Assembly (NCBI RefSeq): GCF_018350175.1
Contig: NC_058368.1
Location: forward strand, 26,910,001-26,974,000
Length of the DNA: 64,000 bases
Source of the DNA: Felis catus
Taxonomy: Eukaryota
Direction of reading: 5' to 3'
Part shown: positions 51,370 through 64,000 of the stretch, one piece after another
Position numbering within the stretch: the stretch's first letter is position 1
Layout of the letters: each line of letters begins with the position of its first letter
Position numbers and translations under genes: made by a program
Notes under the pieces: model-generated
Told to the model about the DNA's origin: nothing
The model's input: only the letters and a program-made list of their open reading frames with translations
The model's database searches: none

Positions 51370-52515
51370 TTTCTTTAACAAACATTTATTGAGCATTTAC
51401 TGCATGAATGGTACAGTATTTGGCCCTGGGTATCATAAAGATTCTTAAGGCACAGTTCCTGCTCATAGACGAGAATATGCTGTTTGCAGGGAAGGGCACA
51501 AATGTGACTTTAAAGGTGACTATGCAGGAGGATCAGTAGGTCTGGAGAGCAGGACGGCAGACACACAATGGCGGACCTAGTGAAACCCATACAAGATTTT
51601 GAGCTTCATGATATTAGTTTCACAATCTGCCTCTTGAACACAATTCCATGCAATTCCTGCTATACTACTGATTCCTGGGTCCCACCCCAGACCCACTGTA
51701 CCAAAATCTTTAGGGACATGGCCTGTTGGAGCAGACATGGTCAGTGTCATACTTATTTGCCCAAATGCCCACTGCTCCAGTTCATGTCTGCAGAATGCTT
51801 CTGCAAGTACCTCTTGTTCTCTACGCGAAGGCTGTTTCTCCCACATGTAGGGCAGCGTGGTTGGGCAGTGAAGTTAATGGCCTCAGGACTGGACCTAGGC
51901 CAATGACAGAAGGGAGCTGGGAGGTAATACACTAGCATCTTGGACTTTCTGGTGTGATAACTGACACACGTTCCACACTGTGTCCCCAAATTGCCTAGTG
52001 AAACTGAACCTCAGTTGCCCATAATGGCAATCTGTTAGATATCTGTGCTTTGTTGACTGTCTCTCTTTCCTCTACCAGTGCTTCTAGGATCCTCTGCTAA
52101 ATAAATAACTTGTACTTACATTCTGTCTCAAGATCTGTTTCTGGAGGATCCCAACATAAGATACTGAAGAATCTGCTTTATTTAATTTTATTTTTTATTA
52201 ATGCCCCCACTGGTTTTTATAAAGAGGCAAATTTGGGAGACTTGGTCTCAGGTGATGATGGAGAGCCACTGAAGGATTAAGGCGTAGGCATTGTCATTTT
52301 TCATTTGCTTAGCAAGATCATGCTCGCAGGTGTGCGGCAAGTGGATTCATGGAGGAAGAGTCAGGAGCCTGGAGATCAGTTAGGAGGTGGCATTGCCCAG
52401 GCAAGCAATGGTCAGCACCAAAGTGAAGGTGGCAACTGTGGGGATGGAGGTGGGGGAAGGATGCAGGATGGGTTGTGATGGAAAGCTGTCTGGAAAGGTC
52501 AACAGGACATGGAGG
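51370..52515 (-). mobile_element. L2 interrupted by a MER5-like element, itself split by an LTR16-like LTR
   Basis: L2 tail 'aacaaacatttattgagcatttac'; L2 resumes at 'gatggagagccactgaaggatt'; MER5 halves at ~51640-51725 and ~52165-52245. Confidence 0.7.
51726..52163 (+). mobile_element. LTR16-like (ERVL) solo LTR
   Basis: 'ccaatgacagaagggagctgg...aaataaataacttgtactta...tgtctcaagatctgtttctggaggatcccaacataagata'. Confidence 0.8.
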
Positions 52516-52862
52516 CCTGCATGTGTGTGGTCACCTAGCTGACTGCCGTTCCAAAAATGAGATTTTAATCCTCTCTCTGCCATGCATCGTGGCCCTGCTT
52601 TGTGCATTAAGCTCAGCACCCCTGAAGGGCTGAGACTCCTGTGCCTTGCCTGTAATCTTGGTCAGGCTTTCTAGAGTTAAGGAGCACAAGTCTGGGAATA
52701 AATAAAAGAAGACATGAAGATAAATTGAAGAATATAAATAATTCACTACTAGATCATTAAAGGAAGAAAGTTATATTTTACAGGAAGGATTTGTGGAGTT
52801 ACAGACAAGGAGAGTTGCAGAGATGCTTGTGACGCACGTCCTTTTTCTGATGAATAGTGATT

Positions 52863-52886
52863 CCCCCCCCCCCCCCCCCCGCCCCC
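52863..52886 (+). repeat. Poly-C tract (C18 G C5)
   Basis: Direct observation. Confidence 0.9.
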
Positions 52887-53561
52887 GTGCTCTTGACTAA
52901 GAGGAGATTTTCATCCACCATCAGTTTCTGGAAGTCCTAGCCTGTACTTAGGTCTATTGTTTTTCCTGCTTCTCTGAGACCCTGTATTTTAGCTAAGTGA
53001 ATGAGTGGTAGCTGGGGTTGGGGTTGGTTCTTTTCTCTTGCTCTGTCAAAATGCCAGGCTTTTAGTTGCAGTTTCCCCTGCCAGCTCTTAGGCCACCAAC
53101 TCCCAAAGGAGACCAAAGGGTACAGAGGAGGGCAGGAGAAGGGAAGAGCAAATCCGTAAAAAGAGCTCTTCTGAATTAAATGCTTAATCATGAAATGAAC
53201 AGGTTAAAGCTTGTTAGTTGATATGAAATAAAAGGAGGCAGCCTTCTAATTGTCCCATGTGCAAATACTTACATTCTGGCTCTGTCTGTAGTCAGATATG
53301 CCAAGGCTGAATCGTCAAACAAGAGCAACTTTCCACCATCACCTTTCTGCAAAAGTAGCCTTGAGCCGATGACACGGAGAAGACTGCATTATAAGAAGCT
53401 GTAGAATGGGTCAGCAGAAAGCTTATTGGGCCTTGCTTAACAGGCAGAACAGAGTCAAGGCAGTGGCAATACGGGGCATGTGAGCATAAGGAGGCTGGAG
53501 AGACTGTGTTCAACACAATTCAAGGAGAGCAGCCTTAGAATATTATGAACGTATTTATGAT

Positions 53562-53780
53562 ATTTTTAAATGAAACTTTATTCGGACATCACTGTAGATT
53601 CCCATGCGGTTACAAGAAATAACCCAGAGAGATTCTGCGTACACTCTGCTCATTTCCCCCCAATGATAATATCTGGCAAACCTATAGCACAATATCATAA
53701 CCAGGATATTGGTTGATAGAGTCCGTCATATCTTCTTCATATTTCCCCAGCTTTACTCGTAATCATTCGGGTGTATGTGC
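53562..53780 (-). mobile_element. Old L1 (L1MB7/8-like) 3' end
   Basis: 'aagaaataacccagagagattc...ttccccccaatgataatatctggcaaacctatagcacaatatcataaccaggatattg'. Confidence 0.75.
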
Positions 53781-54131
53781 CAGGTTTTTTCTATTCAGTA
53801 CTCAGGGGATTTTTTTTTTTTTTTTACTTTTCAAGGAGTCTTTTTCATTCTAAAATTTTGAAAAAAATTCGCTTGTTGGACTTGTGCTGGCTTAGCTGTA
53901 ACTGAAGAAAGGGTAATGTAGAATAGATTCCTTAACCCCCTTTCAAGTCTGGGATTCTGCAGAGTGGAATCAAGGGCCACCTAACATGGCAGGAAGGTCA
54001 GTAGGCCATGGTATAGCTTCCACTTTATTACTAGGTAACCACTTTATTACTGGCGCCTTTCTATGGCAATACACAAACCTTTTAAAAGTATGTCTATTGC
54101 AAAAGAAGATCCTATTGTAACTCATCTTTCT

Positions 54132-54632
54132 TGTACCAGAGTTTCTGTCCTTTCCTTCTGGCATTTCTTGCCCTCCCCTTTTCCTCTTTGGGTCGGAGGG
54201 GGCTCACCCCTTCAGGTTGTGCTCCTAGATTCCTGAGTCAGCTGGCCTGCTGGCTTCAGCCTGTGGGAGGCACTGGTAAGAGAGGGCAGGGAGAAGGGCA
54301 AGACCAAGGCATTTTTGTCTTTTCTCTAGCTTCGTGCAGCATCCCTGGCAGTGAGACTCCCTCCTCTGTAGCACCACTCGTGCTTGACACACTGGCTCTG
54401 GTGCTAGCTGCTCACAAGTGACCTTGGCCCATGGACCCCAGAGACATACCCTCCTGCCATTGCCTCTTCAGCCTTAGGGAGGTAGCAGCCTCCTGCTCTG
54501 GCTGATCTCTGGATTGCCTTGCTATCCTGTTAGGTTCTCTGCTCCACCATCACCTGAGTAACCAAGTCCCTATATTAGATTTCCTTTGTAAAAAATGCTT
54601 GAAGAGATTTCTGTTTTCCTAGTTAGATATTC
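54132..54632 (+). mobile_element. LTR33-like (ERVL) solo LTR
   Basis: 'cagcctgtgggaggcactgg...cttcagccttagggaggtagcagcctcctgct...tttctgttttcct'. Confidence 0.7.
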
Positions 54633-56689
54633 TGCAGTTCCTCAAAGCATGGAAATGGCATAAATCTGAAGAGGTTTTCTGTTTCTGACATTCTGGCGTA
54701 TTCCAAGGGAAAAATCTTGCGAACTCTAGTCAGGGCAGAATTTGTAACTTGTAATCTCACCTCTCCCACCTAGAATCCCAGGCTCTTTACTGACTATTCA
54801 CCTGCTTCCAGTCTTTGGTTTTCCAACCTGATTTCCCTTTGTCTAATATATTTGGTAATTTTTCAGCCTCCCCTAGTGTCTTTGTTATTTTGTCCTTGGG
54901 CCGCTCTTTTACTAATCTTCCCTATCTTATTTTCTGCTAGCGGTTCTTACTGACCTCATCTCCATGTGTAATACCCTTATGCCCATGTTAACATATTGGT
55001 CTCATGACTCGCTCCTGAATGTTCTTTGGTTTATGGGGCATACATCTGCTACATTAGGATTTGGTTTTGCTGTCACTTCACTTTCTTGCATGAGGATGCT
55101 GTTTATTTGTATTACAGGGGTCCTCCGCCTCTTCTCCTGTAAAAGTATATGTGACTCTATAACAAAAACAATGGTAAGAATTTGAATAAGAATGTCTTTG
55201 TCAGAAGGTAATAGGACTCCGTAGAATCTTCAGGTATAAAGCATATTTAGAAGCCATGTCATTGAAAGCAAAGCTGGGAACCACCATGATGGCCACACAT
55301 ACTACCTTAAGGAAGGGACATGAAAGAGAAACAGTATGCTTAGGGAAGGTGTTGGGATGGTAAGGTTGACCACTCAGGTTCCTCCCCCGGTTGGAGAGAA
55401 GTCTTATTGGTTGCTACCATATTGGTCTCATAGTTGGTCACATTGAGCAACTTCGTCTTTTCTCCAGGCGGGTCCCCAGGTGAGCACAGGGAACTGGGAG
55501 TTGGAGCAAGGAAAATGCTTTCAAGCTATCTCCAACTAAGATGTGTAAAAGGTCACACAAATAACCCAATTGCAGGTGCCCCATCTTCCAAGGCCAGGAA
55601 TAGTACCCTTAGGCACTGCAGCACACACAGGGGATACTCTTTAAATGGATAGCCATGCAAACCACTACTGGGACTGTGGATTAGGGTCGGGGAAAATCCA
55701 AAGCTTTGGCTGAAGAAGAATTTAAATATTGAAAAGTAGCCTGTGGCACGAGCTCTGGATGTGTTCAGGTCCTGATGTTCTTCTGTCCTTGTGGTGGACA
55801 CAGGGCTGGGGAGTGTTTTGCAGCTAGTGCACACAGTTATGAACAGATGGATCTCTTTGGAAGCTGGAAGGCCACTTGCTTGCCTCTGCTCTCCATAATG
55901 ATCAGAAGTGGTGAGCGTTGGGCAGGAGAATTGTAGATTAGGCGGCTCTGGGCAAGCTGACAATGGAAAAGAAATAAGCTTATTTTAAATGGGCATAAGC
56001 TTTGAAGGCAAGTAATAAAGACATATTTCAGCCTCATGGACAAATTAGGGTTCTAGTTAATACAAGTGCAAGATCGGAAAAAAATAAATCACTTGCTCAT
56101 CTATAATCGCTAAAGAACAGTTTGTTTAGTAACAAAGCACCAATCATGCCTGCTCTTACGCGAGTTTCTCCTCTATTTCTCTTTTTCCTACATCTCTCAG
56201 AACTGGTTGAGTTCAGGGTCCTTTTTCCCCTGGGAGTACTCTATACAGTTTTATTCTGGAAAGTGGAGCCTATGTGAGAGCCGCCAACAGTTTCCCAAGA
56301 CATCCTTCTGAATCCTGGTCTTTACCCACCTCGGTTCCATCTTTCTGTAAATATATAATCCCTGCTTCTTTCCTCATTACTCAGTAATGTGCTGTGGCAT
56401 GAGGAGAGAGTTTTTAAATGGAATTTTCTTGGGCATTAGGAACTTCAATCTATCAAGAAGCACAAAGCAGGCACTGTAGAAGTGAGTTGTTTTCTGTGCA
56501 TTGGTTGTGCACTCTATTATGTTGAGTTGGCCCTGAGTAGTCTCTGATTTTTCTCATCTAGTTATTAAAAGAATAATGTTGGTAGATATATATTTAAATC
56601 TCACATAATATTGTGACCTAGCTTGGTACTCATTCTGTAGTAAAGATTTAATGTTTTTGGAGGAAAGCATGCTGCATATTCCTTCTGCC

Positions 56690-57590
56690 CAATGAATAGG
56701 CACTTACTGTGCCAAGTTCATGCTAGGTGCTGGAAATACAGCAGTGAACAAAAATGATCACTGTTCCTGTCCTTCTGGGAGCCCCCAGTTTACCGGAAAG
56801 GACATTAAGTAACCCCCAAATAATTCTGTAATTGGAACTCTTGACAAGAACTTGGAAAAGACCAGGTTTCTCTGAAAGGGTATAGAGAGGATGAAGTAGT
56901 CAGAGAAGGCTTATAGGGGAAAATAATTTACAAATGAAGATCTGAAGAATGATTGGGGCTATCCAGCTGGGGAGTACCATTTGCGAAGCCCTCACCTGAG
57001 AAAGATCTTGGGTTTTAGAGCCATTGAAAGATACTCGGGTTGGTGCAGTGCATTGAGTGAGGGTGGACTGTACCTGGGGGGGAGGCCGCTGAGATGTGGC
57101 TTAGGGCCTGGTTATGCCACACCTGCTAAGCCATGCTGAGGACTTTGGATTTTATCCTAAGTGCAATGGGAAGCCATTGAGAAGTTTTTGGATTTTTTTT
57201 TGTTTGTTTTTTGTTTTTTTTTTTCTTTTTTAAAGTTGAGATGAAATTCACATAACACAAACTGTGTGAAAGTGAATAACTCAATGGTATTTAGTACATT
57301 CACAATATTGTCCAACTACCATTGGTATGTCTGTTCTAAAACATTTTCATCGCCCCAAATGGAAACGCCATTCCCATTAAGCAGTCATCGAAGAGTTTTA
57401 CAAGGAGTGATGTCGTGTTACCTGTAGTATGTAAGATCTTTCTGGCAAGTTCTGGAGAAGGGATTGGAGAGGGGAAGAGTGGAAGCAAGACAGCAGACTT
57501 GGAAGTAGTGGTCAAGTTCAGAGACAGATGATGGTGATGGCTTCCTGGACGAGGGACAAGATTAGTGAAGAGAAGAGTGGAATGATCCAA
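56690..57590 (-). mobile_element. L2 fragment interrupted by an L1MB-like 3' end (~57200-57388)
   Basis: 'gcacttactgtgccaag...ctaggtgctggaaatacagcagtgaacaaaa' and 'ggactttggattttatcctaagtgcaatgggaagccattga'; L1 part 'gaaattcacataaca...tttagtacattcacaat'. Confidence 0.85.
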
Positions 57591-57657
57591 TATGGAGTTA
57601 TATAATCAAGTTTGATTATCTGTGTAAGTGACTTAGTCACTGTTTAACTATCTACAT

Positions 57658-57812
57658 AACTGTTTCTCAAAGGATAATTCATCCCCTATTCAGATCTAGG
57701 TAGTCTGCTTGTTAAAATTACAGGTACGTAAGCCCACCTCAAGGTACTGATGCACATGGACTAAAGAGGGACTTTAAGGGATTCTTCTCGGAACTGAGGT
57801 TTGAGAACCATT
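57658..57812. mobile_element. MER5-like remnant
   Basis: Termini 'tgtttctcaaag' and 'tgaggtttgagaacca'. Confidence 0.6.
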
Positions 57813-59179
57813 TATTGTTATTTGTCATTCTTTCTCATTCTGATGCCCTTTAAGATTGCAGGCTGTCAACAGTCCATCAAGGTGGGATGAATTAGAATGA
57901 GACACAGAATAAACAAATGGATAACCTAGTGTACGCTTGTAATTTTGAGTGGGATGGATGCTTTTTGGAGATGAATCTTTAACTTGATCTTAAAGACAAG
58001 TATGTAATACAGACAGTTCTATGGGTGGTGTTTATTTTTGATTCTTTTCTTCTTGGAGTATTGTGCCTCTCCCAGAATTAAATGGTGACTGACTGAGAAC
58101 AATGATATTGTTCTCAGTGTAGGTACAGTGTAGGTACAGTGTAGTAATTTATGGTAAGAGACACATACAACTGCTGGAAATTAACATATGAAACCAACCA
58201 TCCTGGTATTTTTTGCGGTTACCTTGTAGCTACAGGATTCCTATTAAAGACATGTTCACTCCAATTAACTGAATTTAGAAGCCAGAGTTTTTTGAGACTT
58301 TATAGTCAGAAAATCCTACAAGCTTTGGTAAAAATCAACCAATCAACAAATCAAGATTTTGTCTTTGACTTCTGGTTTCTGTTTGCCGTCGGTAGGTTTT
58401 TCTAAGCCATTACTACCTTCTTAGAGCTGTTAACTTGCAGCCAGAGTCTACGACATTCAGATGTTACTGTCCCGTTCAAATAATTCCCTCCCCCACCACA
58501 ATTTCGCTAACATGTTTGGTTAAATTATAATTTTAGAACTGAAAGATATTACAGAGAATTTAGTTTTCTGTTGTTGTTGTTGTTGTTGTTGTTGTTGAAA
58601 CTATTACCTTTGGAGATCTTAAAGTAAGTGAAAGAAGACTTCTACTAAGGGAGTGGCGTTGGGTCCTTGGGCATTAGGGTCCCTGAGGAAAGGGTGTGGG
58701 TATCCAGCAGCAGTCAAGGGTTAAGCCCTCTATTTTACCCAGCATAACAGCCCACCAAAGTAGTTGTAAGTGGCCTCAGTGGTACCTGCTCTTCCTGCAA
58801 GTAGCTGGTGTCTCTTGGCATCCTTGCAAGAGATCCCTTCTTCCCTCCCCCACTAGGACTTCCTCTGTTTGAGTATGAAGTGCTCAGCTTCTACAAGATG
58901 TTTCATTTTGATTAATATTATTTCCACTCTTCTGGAAAGACACTTGGGCACCTCTGGCTGTGTTTCTTTTTCAGCATGTACAAATTCGGATCTTAAAGTG
59001 GTTTCATTGCTTCATCCTAGAGTTTTATAATGAAATAATATTTTGAGTGCCTGATGGGTTTTGATCTTTTTCCCTGGACCACTTAGGTTTGGAGAGGGAT
59101 CTGAAGAAAAGCGGTTCATTTATTTTCCACCAAAGATAAACAGAATCGGTAAATAGCCAGCTTTTTTCAAAGCTTAGTT

Positions 59180-60100
59180 TTTCTGTTCCACAAAAATGCA
59201 TGTTGTTGTGTAAGAGCATACACTATAGAAGAATACAAAAAGGAAAGTAAAATTCCTCTGAAATACTAGAGTTAGCCATTGTTGACATTTTTGTAAAATT
59301 CTTCCAAGTATAATTCTCTATCATCTCTATTTATGTGTGTCTGTGTATATTCTATGTACAGATGAAGTTCTCAGTAAATGGGATTTTGCTGTATGTGTTA
59401 TTCTGTAGTCTATGTTTTTCTAATAATGTGTGGTTGGCAACTGTCCATGCCAATAAATATATGTTATCTTTTTAATAATTGAATACTCTTATTGGATGCT
59501 TTTCATGTAAGCAATACAAATCCCAGGGCAAAGTAGCTTAAATAATAAGAACATAGTGAAAATCCAGTGGGTAAGGGCTTCAGGCATAATTTAATCGGGA
59601 CTTAGGATTTCTCTCCTTTATAGTTTTCTTTTGCTTACTCTTTTTCATGCTCCTCATGGTAGCAAAATCGCTGCAGCTCCAGGGGCTCATTATCCAGAGA
59701 AAGAGAGCCTCTGCCAGTCACTGAACTAAAATCCTGGGCTTCTTCTGCCTGGATCATCTTAGGTAATGTGACCAAGGGAATGCCATTATTCTGATTGTTT
59801 CAGATCTGGGTAACAGTTTATGCTAATCCCATCCAAAATTTGTGAATAAGGAACTCAGAGTTCTGCTGGAAAAGAAGGTGAAACAACTTGCAAAGGAGGC
59901 AGCTAATGGTTTCTGTTAGAGTTTACTCTGGGCTTACTGATAGACATTTAAGTTGTTCCCAGTGTTTCAGTCTAAACACTATTGCTGCCCTAAGCTTGCT
60001 TGTATATATACTTTATTCTTTTGCAGTAATCTCATTTGGATAAATTCTTATTAGAGGAATTTCTGGGTCAAAAGATATGCCCATTTTACATTTTTTAATT
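59180..60100 (-). mobile_element. L1ME-like fragment interrupted by an MLT1-like LTR (~59487-59920)
   Basis: L1 'ggataaattcttattagaggaatttctgggtcaaaag'; MLT1 'ctcctcatggtagcaaaatcgctgcagctccagg'. Confidence 0.6.
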
Positions 60101-60859
60101 GACATAAACCATCCAAGCTGGAAAACCATACTCTTGCCAATTATATTTTGAAATCCCTCAACTGCCTGTTGAGAAGCTGTTGTTTGTTTGCTTTTTTTGT
60201 GTGTGGTTTTGTTTTGTGTTGGTTTTTGGTTTTGTTTTGTTTTTTTGTTTTTTGTTTTTAGCTTCTGAACTGAAGCAGAATTTCAGGCGTCACAATTTCT
60301 CCAAGCAAGACAAACTTGACCTGAGATAAGTTGAGGTTAATCAAAGCTTCCGTGTATAAGATGTTTCACCAGGAAGGCAAAGAGGGAAGGATGGAGAGGA
60401 ATACATTCTTCCAGCTGCAGGCCTCGTTTTTGGTGGGCGATGGCTCAGGAATTGACTGGGTGCCCCTGAGTGCCACCCTGTGTCTTCTCAGTGGCATGTG
60501 CTCTCCAGTCACTCTGCATTGTCTACCTCTTCATTCCCGTGTCTGGAAAGTGCTGGCGGATGGTGGCCATTCATGCAGTTAGTCTGCACTTTCTATTGTA
60601 CCTCTGAAGTTCTTGAACTTAGTAGAAAAAGCTAACGCAGAAATCAGTGATCTCTGAGATGGTGGGACCTTGGTCATTGTTTTGAGGAAATGAACGGGGC
60701 AGCTCATGGGTGACACACTTCCAGGGAACCAATGACAGATGTGATTTGTTAGGATGGCCTGTATTCGTGTGAATGAGAAGGACATTTGAGTGGAAACTGA
60801 GCAGGAGATCTCAGAGTTACAGTGAATGTCCCTTTGAGTATTTTCTGGCACAGTTGTAG

Positions 60860-61385
60860 ATGCCATCCTGTTTAATCCTCATAATAACCTTTTTTCTGTC
60901 AACAGTAAGAGGAAACCAAAACCCAGGAAGATTAACCTGTCCACTGTCATAGCTAGTATGCGGAAGAAGCAAGAATTTTGAACCTTTTATCCCACCACAT
61001 TTTGCTCTATAAGGGTCCCTCTCTCCCAAATAGAAATTATTAATAACAACTGGCTTTGTTTTATTTTATGTAAAAGAAGGAATATAGTGGTTAGTTCTAA
61101 AATTATGATGGCATTAAAGAGATTCACCTGAAATTTTTAAATGATGAAAATCAACCCAAAGTGCAAATGAACTAGATGAGACGTGCAACCTAGAAAATAA
61201 GGAATTTGGATCAATAGTGACAAAGGGAACAGGCTCACTTGTGGGCACTGAGAGTTGGGACTTTCTTTCATGAGCTTGAAACTTGAGGAAAGGGGCCAAA
61301 TGGTAAAAATAGATAAGATTAAGTGCATGGTATTATGTGAGCATGTTCTAAAGCTGTGAATATGCTAAAGAAAGAAATTATTATT
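60860..61385. mobile_element. Two MIR remnants (~60860-60985 minus, ~61170-61385 plus)
   Basis: 'tttaatcctcataataacct...gaggaaaccaaaacccagg' and 'aaatggtaaaaatag...tgtgagcatgttctaaagctgt...ttattatt'. Confidence 0.55.
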
Positions 61386-64000
61386 GTTAAATTGGAAAGG
61401 TGTATCACGGAAGCCTATTTACATGACAGAATTTTATTACAAAGTAGAGAAGTGATAGAATTTTAGAGATGTGTGAGCTTGGCTGCTCTGTTTTTTGGGC
61501 TCAGACTGCTAGATGGACATGAATCAATGAAGTCAAACACCATCCTGATCAACAAGAAGAAAAAAAAGGCAACTTATGTTTTTAAAAAGCAAAAATACGT
61601 TTCCACTAAAAAAAACCAAAAGACTGTTAGGGTGTATGCAGCATGTTTAGTAGAGAAAAGCAACAGCTTAAATTCACAGGAATGAAATGTAGCACAGGGT
61701 CAGTTCTTCTGTCACTTCAAAGGAGGAAGAGTTCCTTTTGGGCAGGGGCCAAAAGGAGAGCTCCACCTTGTGCAGTCTCTCACCACCCTCCGCCTCTCTA
61801 ATTGCCAAATGCCAGGGGGAGCTGGAGGGCACTGACAGATTGAGTGGTCTTGGTGAGTCTTGTGTTGCATCTGGCAACAAGTGTATTGGTCTCCTTGGGC
61901 TCCTGGCGGCTGCTATGCACTGCCCGTCGTTTGTGGTGTCTTCCAGTGGACAGCCAATTAAGAGCCATGGGGCAGAGGACCGGGCTTTGGCAAATGGCCA
62001 GCTGTATATGGCAGACCCTGCTCGCTGTAAGTGCTTTGGTGGGAACCGGGCACGTTCTTTCCCACTGATGCTGTAATGAACCGATGACAGAATACCTGCT
62101 ATAGTGTCTCCTTCATCACCTTCCCTGGGAATTGACTCCATTGCCCGATTGCACTGATCATGAAAAACTTAAAGTGTGCAGTCTACACTTCTCTCTCCTT
62201 GGCTCGATGAGATTGCTGCTTGCCCTATTTGGCAGTCTCGAGAGTAGCTGTGAGCACCAGTGAGGTTATTGGCTGATGAGTTAAACAGAAGCTGGATAAA
62301 GTGTGGCTCCCTGCATAGTCAGGGCAGAGCTTCTAGTCCCAGGGTTAAAACAACACGGAGACAGCAACTGAAAATGTCACTGAGCAGTACACCATGAATA
62401 GCCTTTGATGCCCAATGGGGCCATCCATGCCTTGGTGCTGAAGTGCTGCTGCAGACTTCCAAAGCTCCAAATTTGTGCTCAAGTTTCTTTAGTCTCAAAA
62501 TCTTAGCGTGAAATATTTAGTACCCTAGGAAAGCTAAATTAATGGTGAGTCAAAGTAATTAAGGCAAAGTAAATAATCTCCAAGGTTCTCATTCCCCGTG
62601 AAACTAATTTCATATCTTATCCTTCATGTGTTAAAAATAGTTCTCTGCTAATTCAAGATGCCCGTGCTCTGTGTTAGTGAAGTGCACTTCAGTTCTATTG
62701 AAAGGATGCAGATTAGGGAGTTATTTTCAATTGGGCATTTTTTTTTTTTTAAAAAAGAGAGACACTCATTTTGGCACCACGAGAGTGTGAATCTCTTTGG
62801 GTGAACTGAGAGTTGGATACAGCTGTAGCCGGGCGGATGATGGGCCAGCTAGCTTACGATGACTTGCAGCTGGGACAGCCTCTTCATCCTTCTAGTGAGA
62901 ACTCTCAGTTCCCATCCTTCCATTTGATGATGAGATTAGTTTAACTCCTTTGCAGGATTTTGACTGGCCAGAGCTTGTCCTTGTCTGTGACTACACGCGT
63001 AGGAAGTAGATCTGGGTAGGTTTTCTACATGATGGGAACATTGGGTCTTGAACATAATTTGAGAGTTATTTGTCACCTGAAAATAATCAGGACATATAAA
63101 TAAGGGGACGCTTGTGAGCTTATGGGTTTGTAGACTCCAGTGTAACCAAGCTGATCTTTCTACATTTGAGCCATTCCGGTGATAATGCCCCATTGTCCCA
63201 GGGCCTGAGAACACATGGTACTTTGGAGTCAGTGCATGGCTATGATACTGTGGCTTCCTCAAGCTAATGAAACTGCTTCAGAATTTATTATTGTTACAGC
63301 GGCGGTCTTGATCAAATGTGAGAATTCTTTTCTCTACGATCGGAGAGTATTTTGGTTAGAACGAACAGAGGTGGTTGAAGAGATGTTGAGCAAGCAGTCC
63401 TCAGTTACCTACAGCTGAAATATGCCATCGTTATCTTCTTGCTCACCTTCAGAATTCCTCAGTTATCTTTTTGTCTTCAAAGAGATGCCTTAGCTCTTCA
63501 GCACATCATGGGCCTGTTCTTCCAGAGAAATGCAGTTTTGCTTTTAATATGTTTTGAGATGGCAACCTGGGAGTGGAATATGCAGTACTCTGCTTACATC
63601 ACAGAGTGGAGTCTGTATCTCGCCACACATCCATGCGGAAAAATGCGCATAATTAATAGAAGGAGAATCATATGTAAAGTGATTCTCTTATGTTTGATAT
63701 TTGGTTTTAGTGTCATAAGAACATTTCTGTGGACAGTGAAGTGTCCCTTTTGCTAATTTTTTATTTCTCTTTCTGAAAAAAATACCAGAATTAAGTTGAG
63801 CATAGGTGCGTGGCATGTATGGATAATATTTTTACTGTATGTGAAGCCATCATACTATGGACATCATGGCTTTTTAGTATTTTATCATAATCATTCCATT
63901 TATAGAGTACCTAACAAAGTGCAAAGCATCAGCTCATTTTTTTGATCATCATGACTTCTGAATGAGCAGGGTAACCATTTATTATCCCTGTTTTGAAGGT

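Noticed and set aside
58096..58114. AGAACA...TGTTCT as a steroid receptor element
   Set aside because: Spacer is 7 nt rather than the required 3.
61674..62141. Three overlapping ORFs in a mildly GC-rich patch
   Set aside because: No recognisable protein similarity or convincing acceptor/donor pair.
1..64000. tRNA genes, CRISPR arrays or prokaryote-type systems
   Set aside because: tRNA-like A/B boxes are all SINE heads; there is no repeat-spacer array and the sequence is mammalian.

Overview
Mammalian (felid) genomic DNA, identified by 22 tRNA-derived Can-SINEs, six of them from a young cat-type subfamily. No protein-coding exon can be supported; the ORF-track entries are repeat-derived, CpG-island artefacts or chance ORFs. 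Positions 1-43.4 kb are a repeat-rich, apparently intergenic stretch. It contains a decayed L1MC-type element, a nested L1/SINE stack, a 5'-inverted L1, MLT/LTR16 solo LTRs, MER5, MIR, L2 and L3. A CpG island at ~43.4-45.6 kb holds the promoter and an ATG-free first exon (donor CAG|GTAAGC at 44600/44601) of a + strand gene I cannot name; the rest of the window is most likely its first intron. The most notable observation is an ancient AmnSINE1-like (Deu-domain) SINE relic at ~50110-50440 in that SINE-poor intron, a family known for exaptation as developmental enhancers. Others include a SINE with an apparent 35-nt 5' transduction, a twin-primed L1, antisense donors suggesting a divergent transcript, a second promoter signature, a 68-bp near-perfect palindrome, a candidate 12-nt microexon and a paired SOX-type palindrome. 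I see no evidence for a wholly new biological system. Repeat subfamily names come from recalled consensus similarity and need a Dfam/RepeatMasker check.
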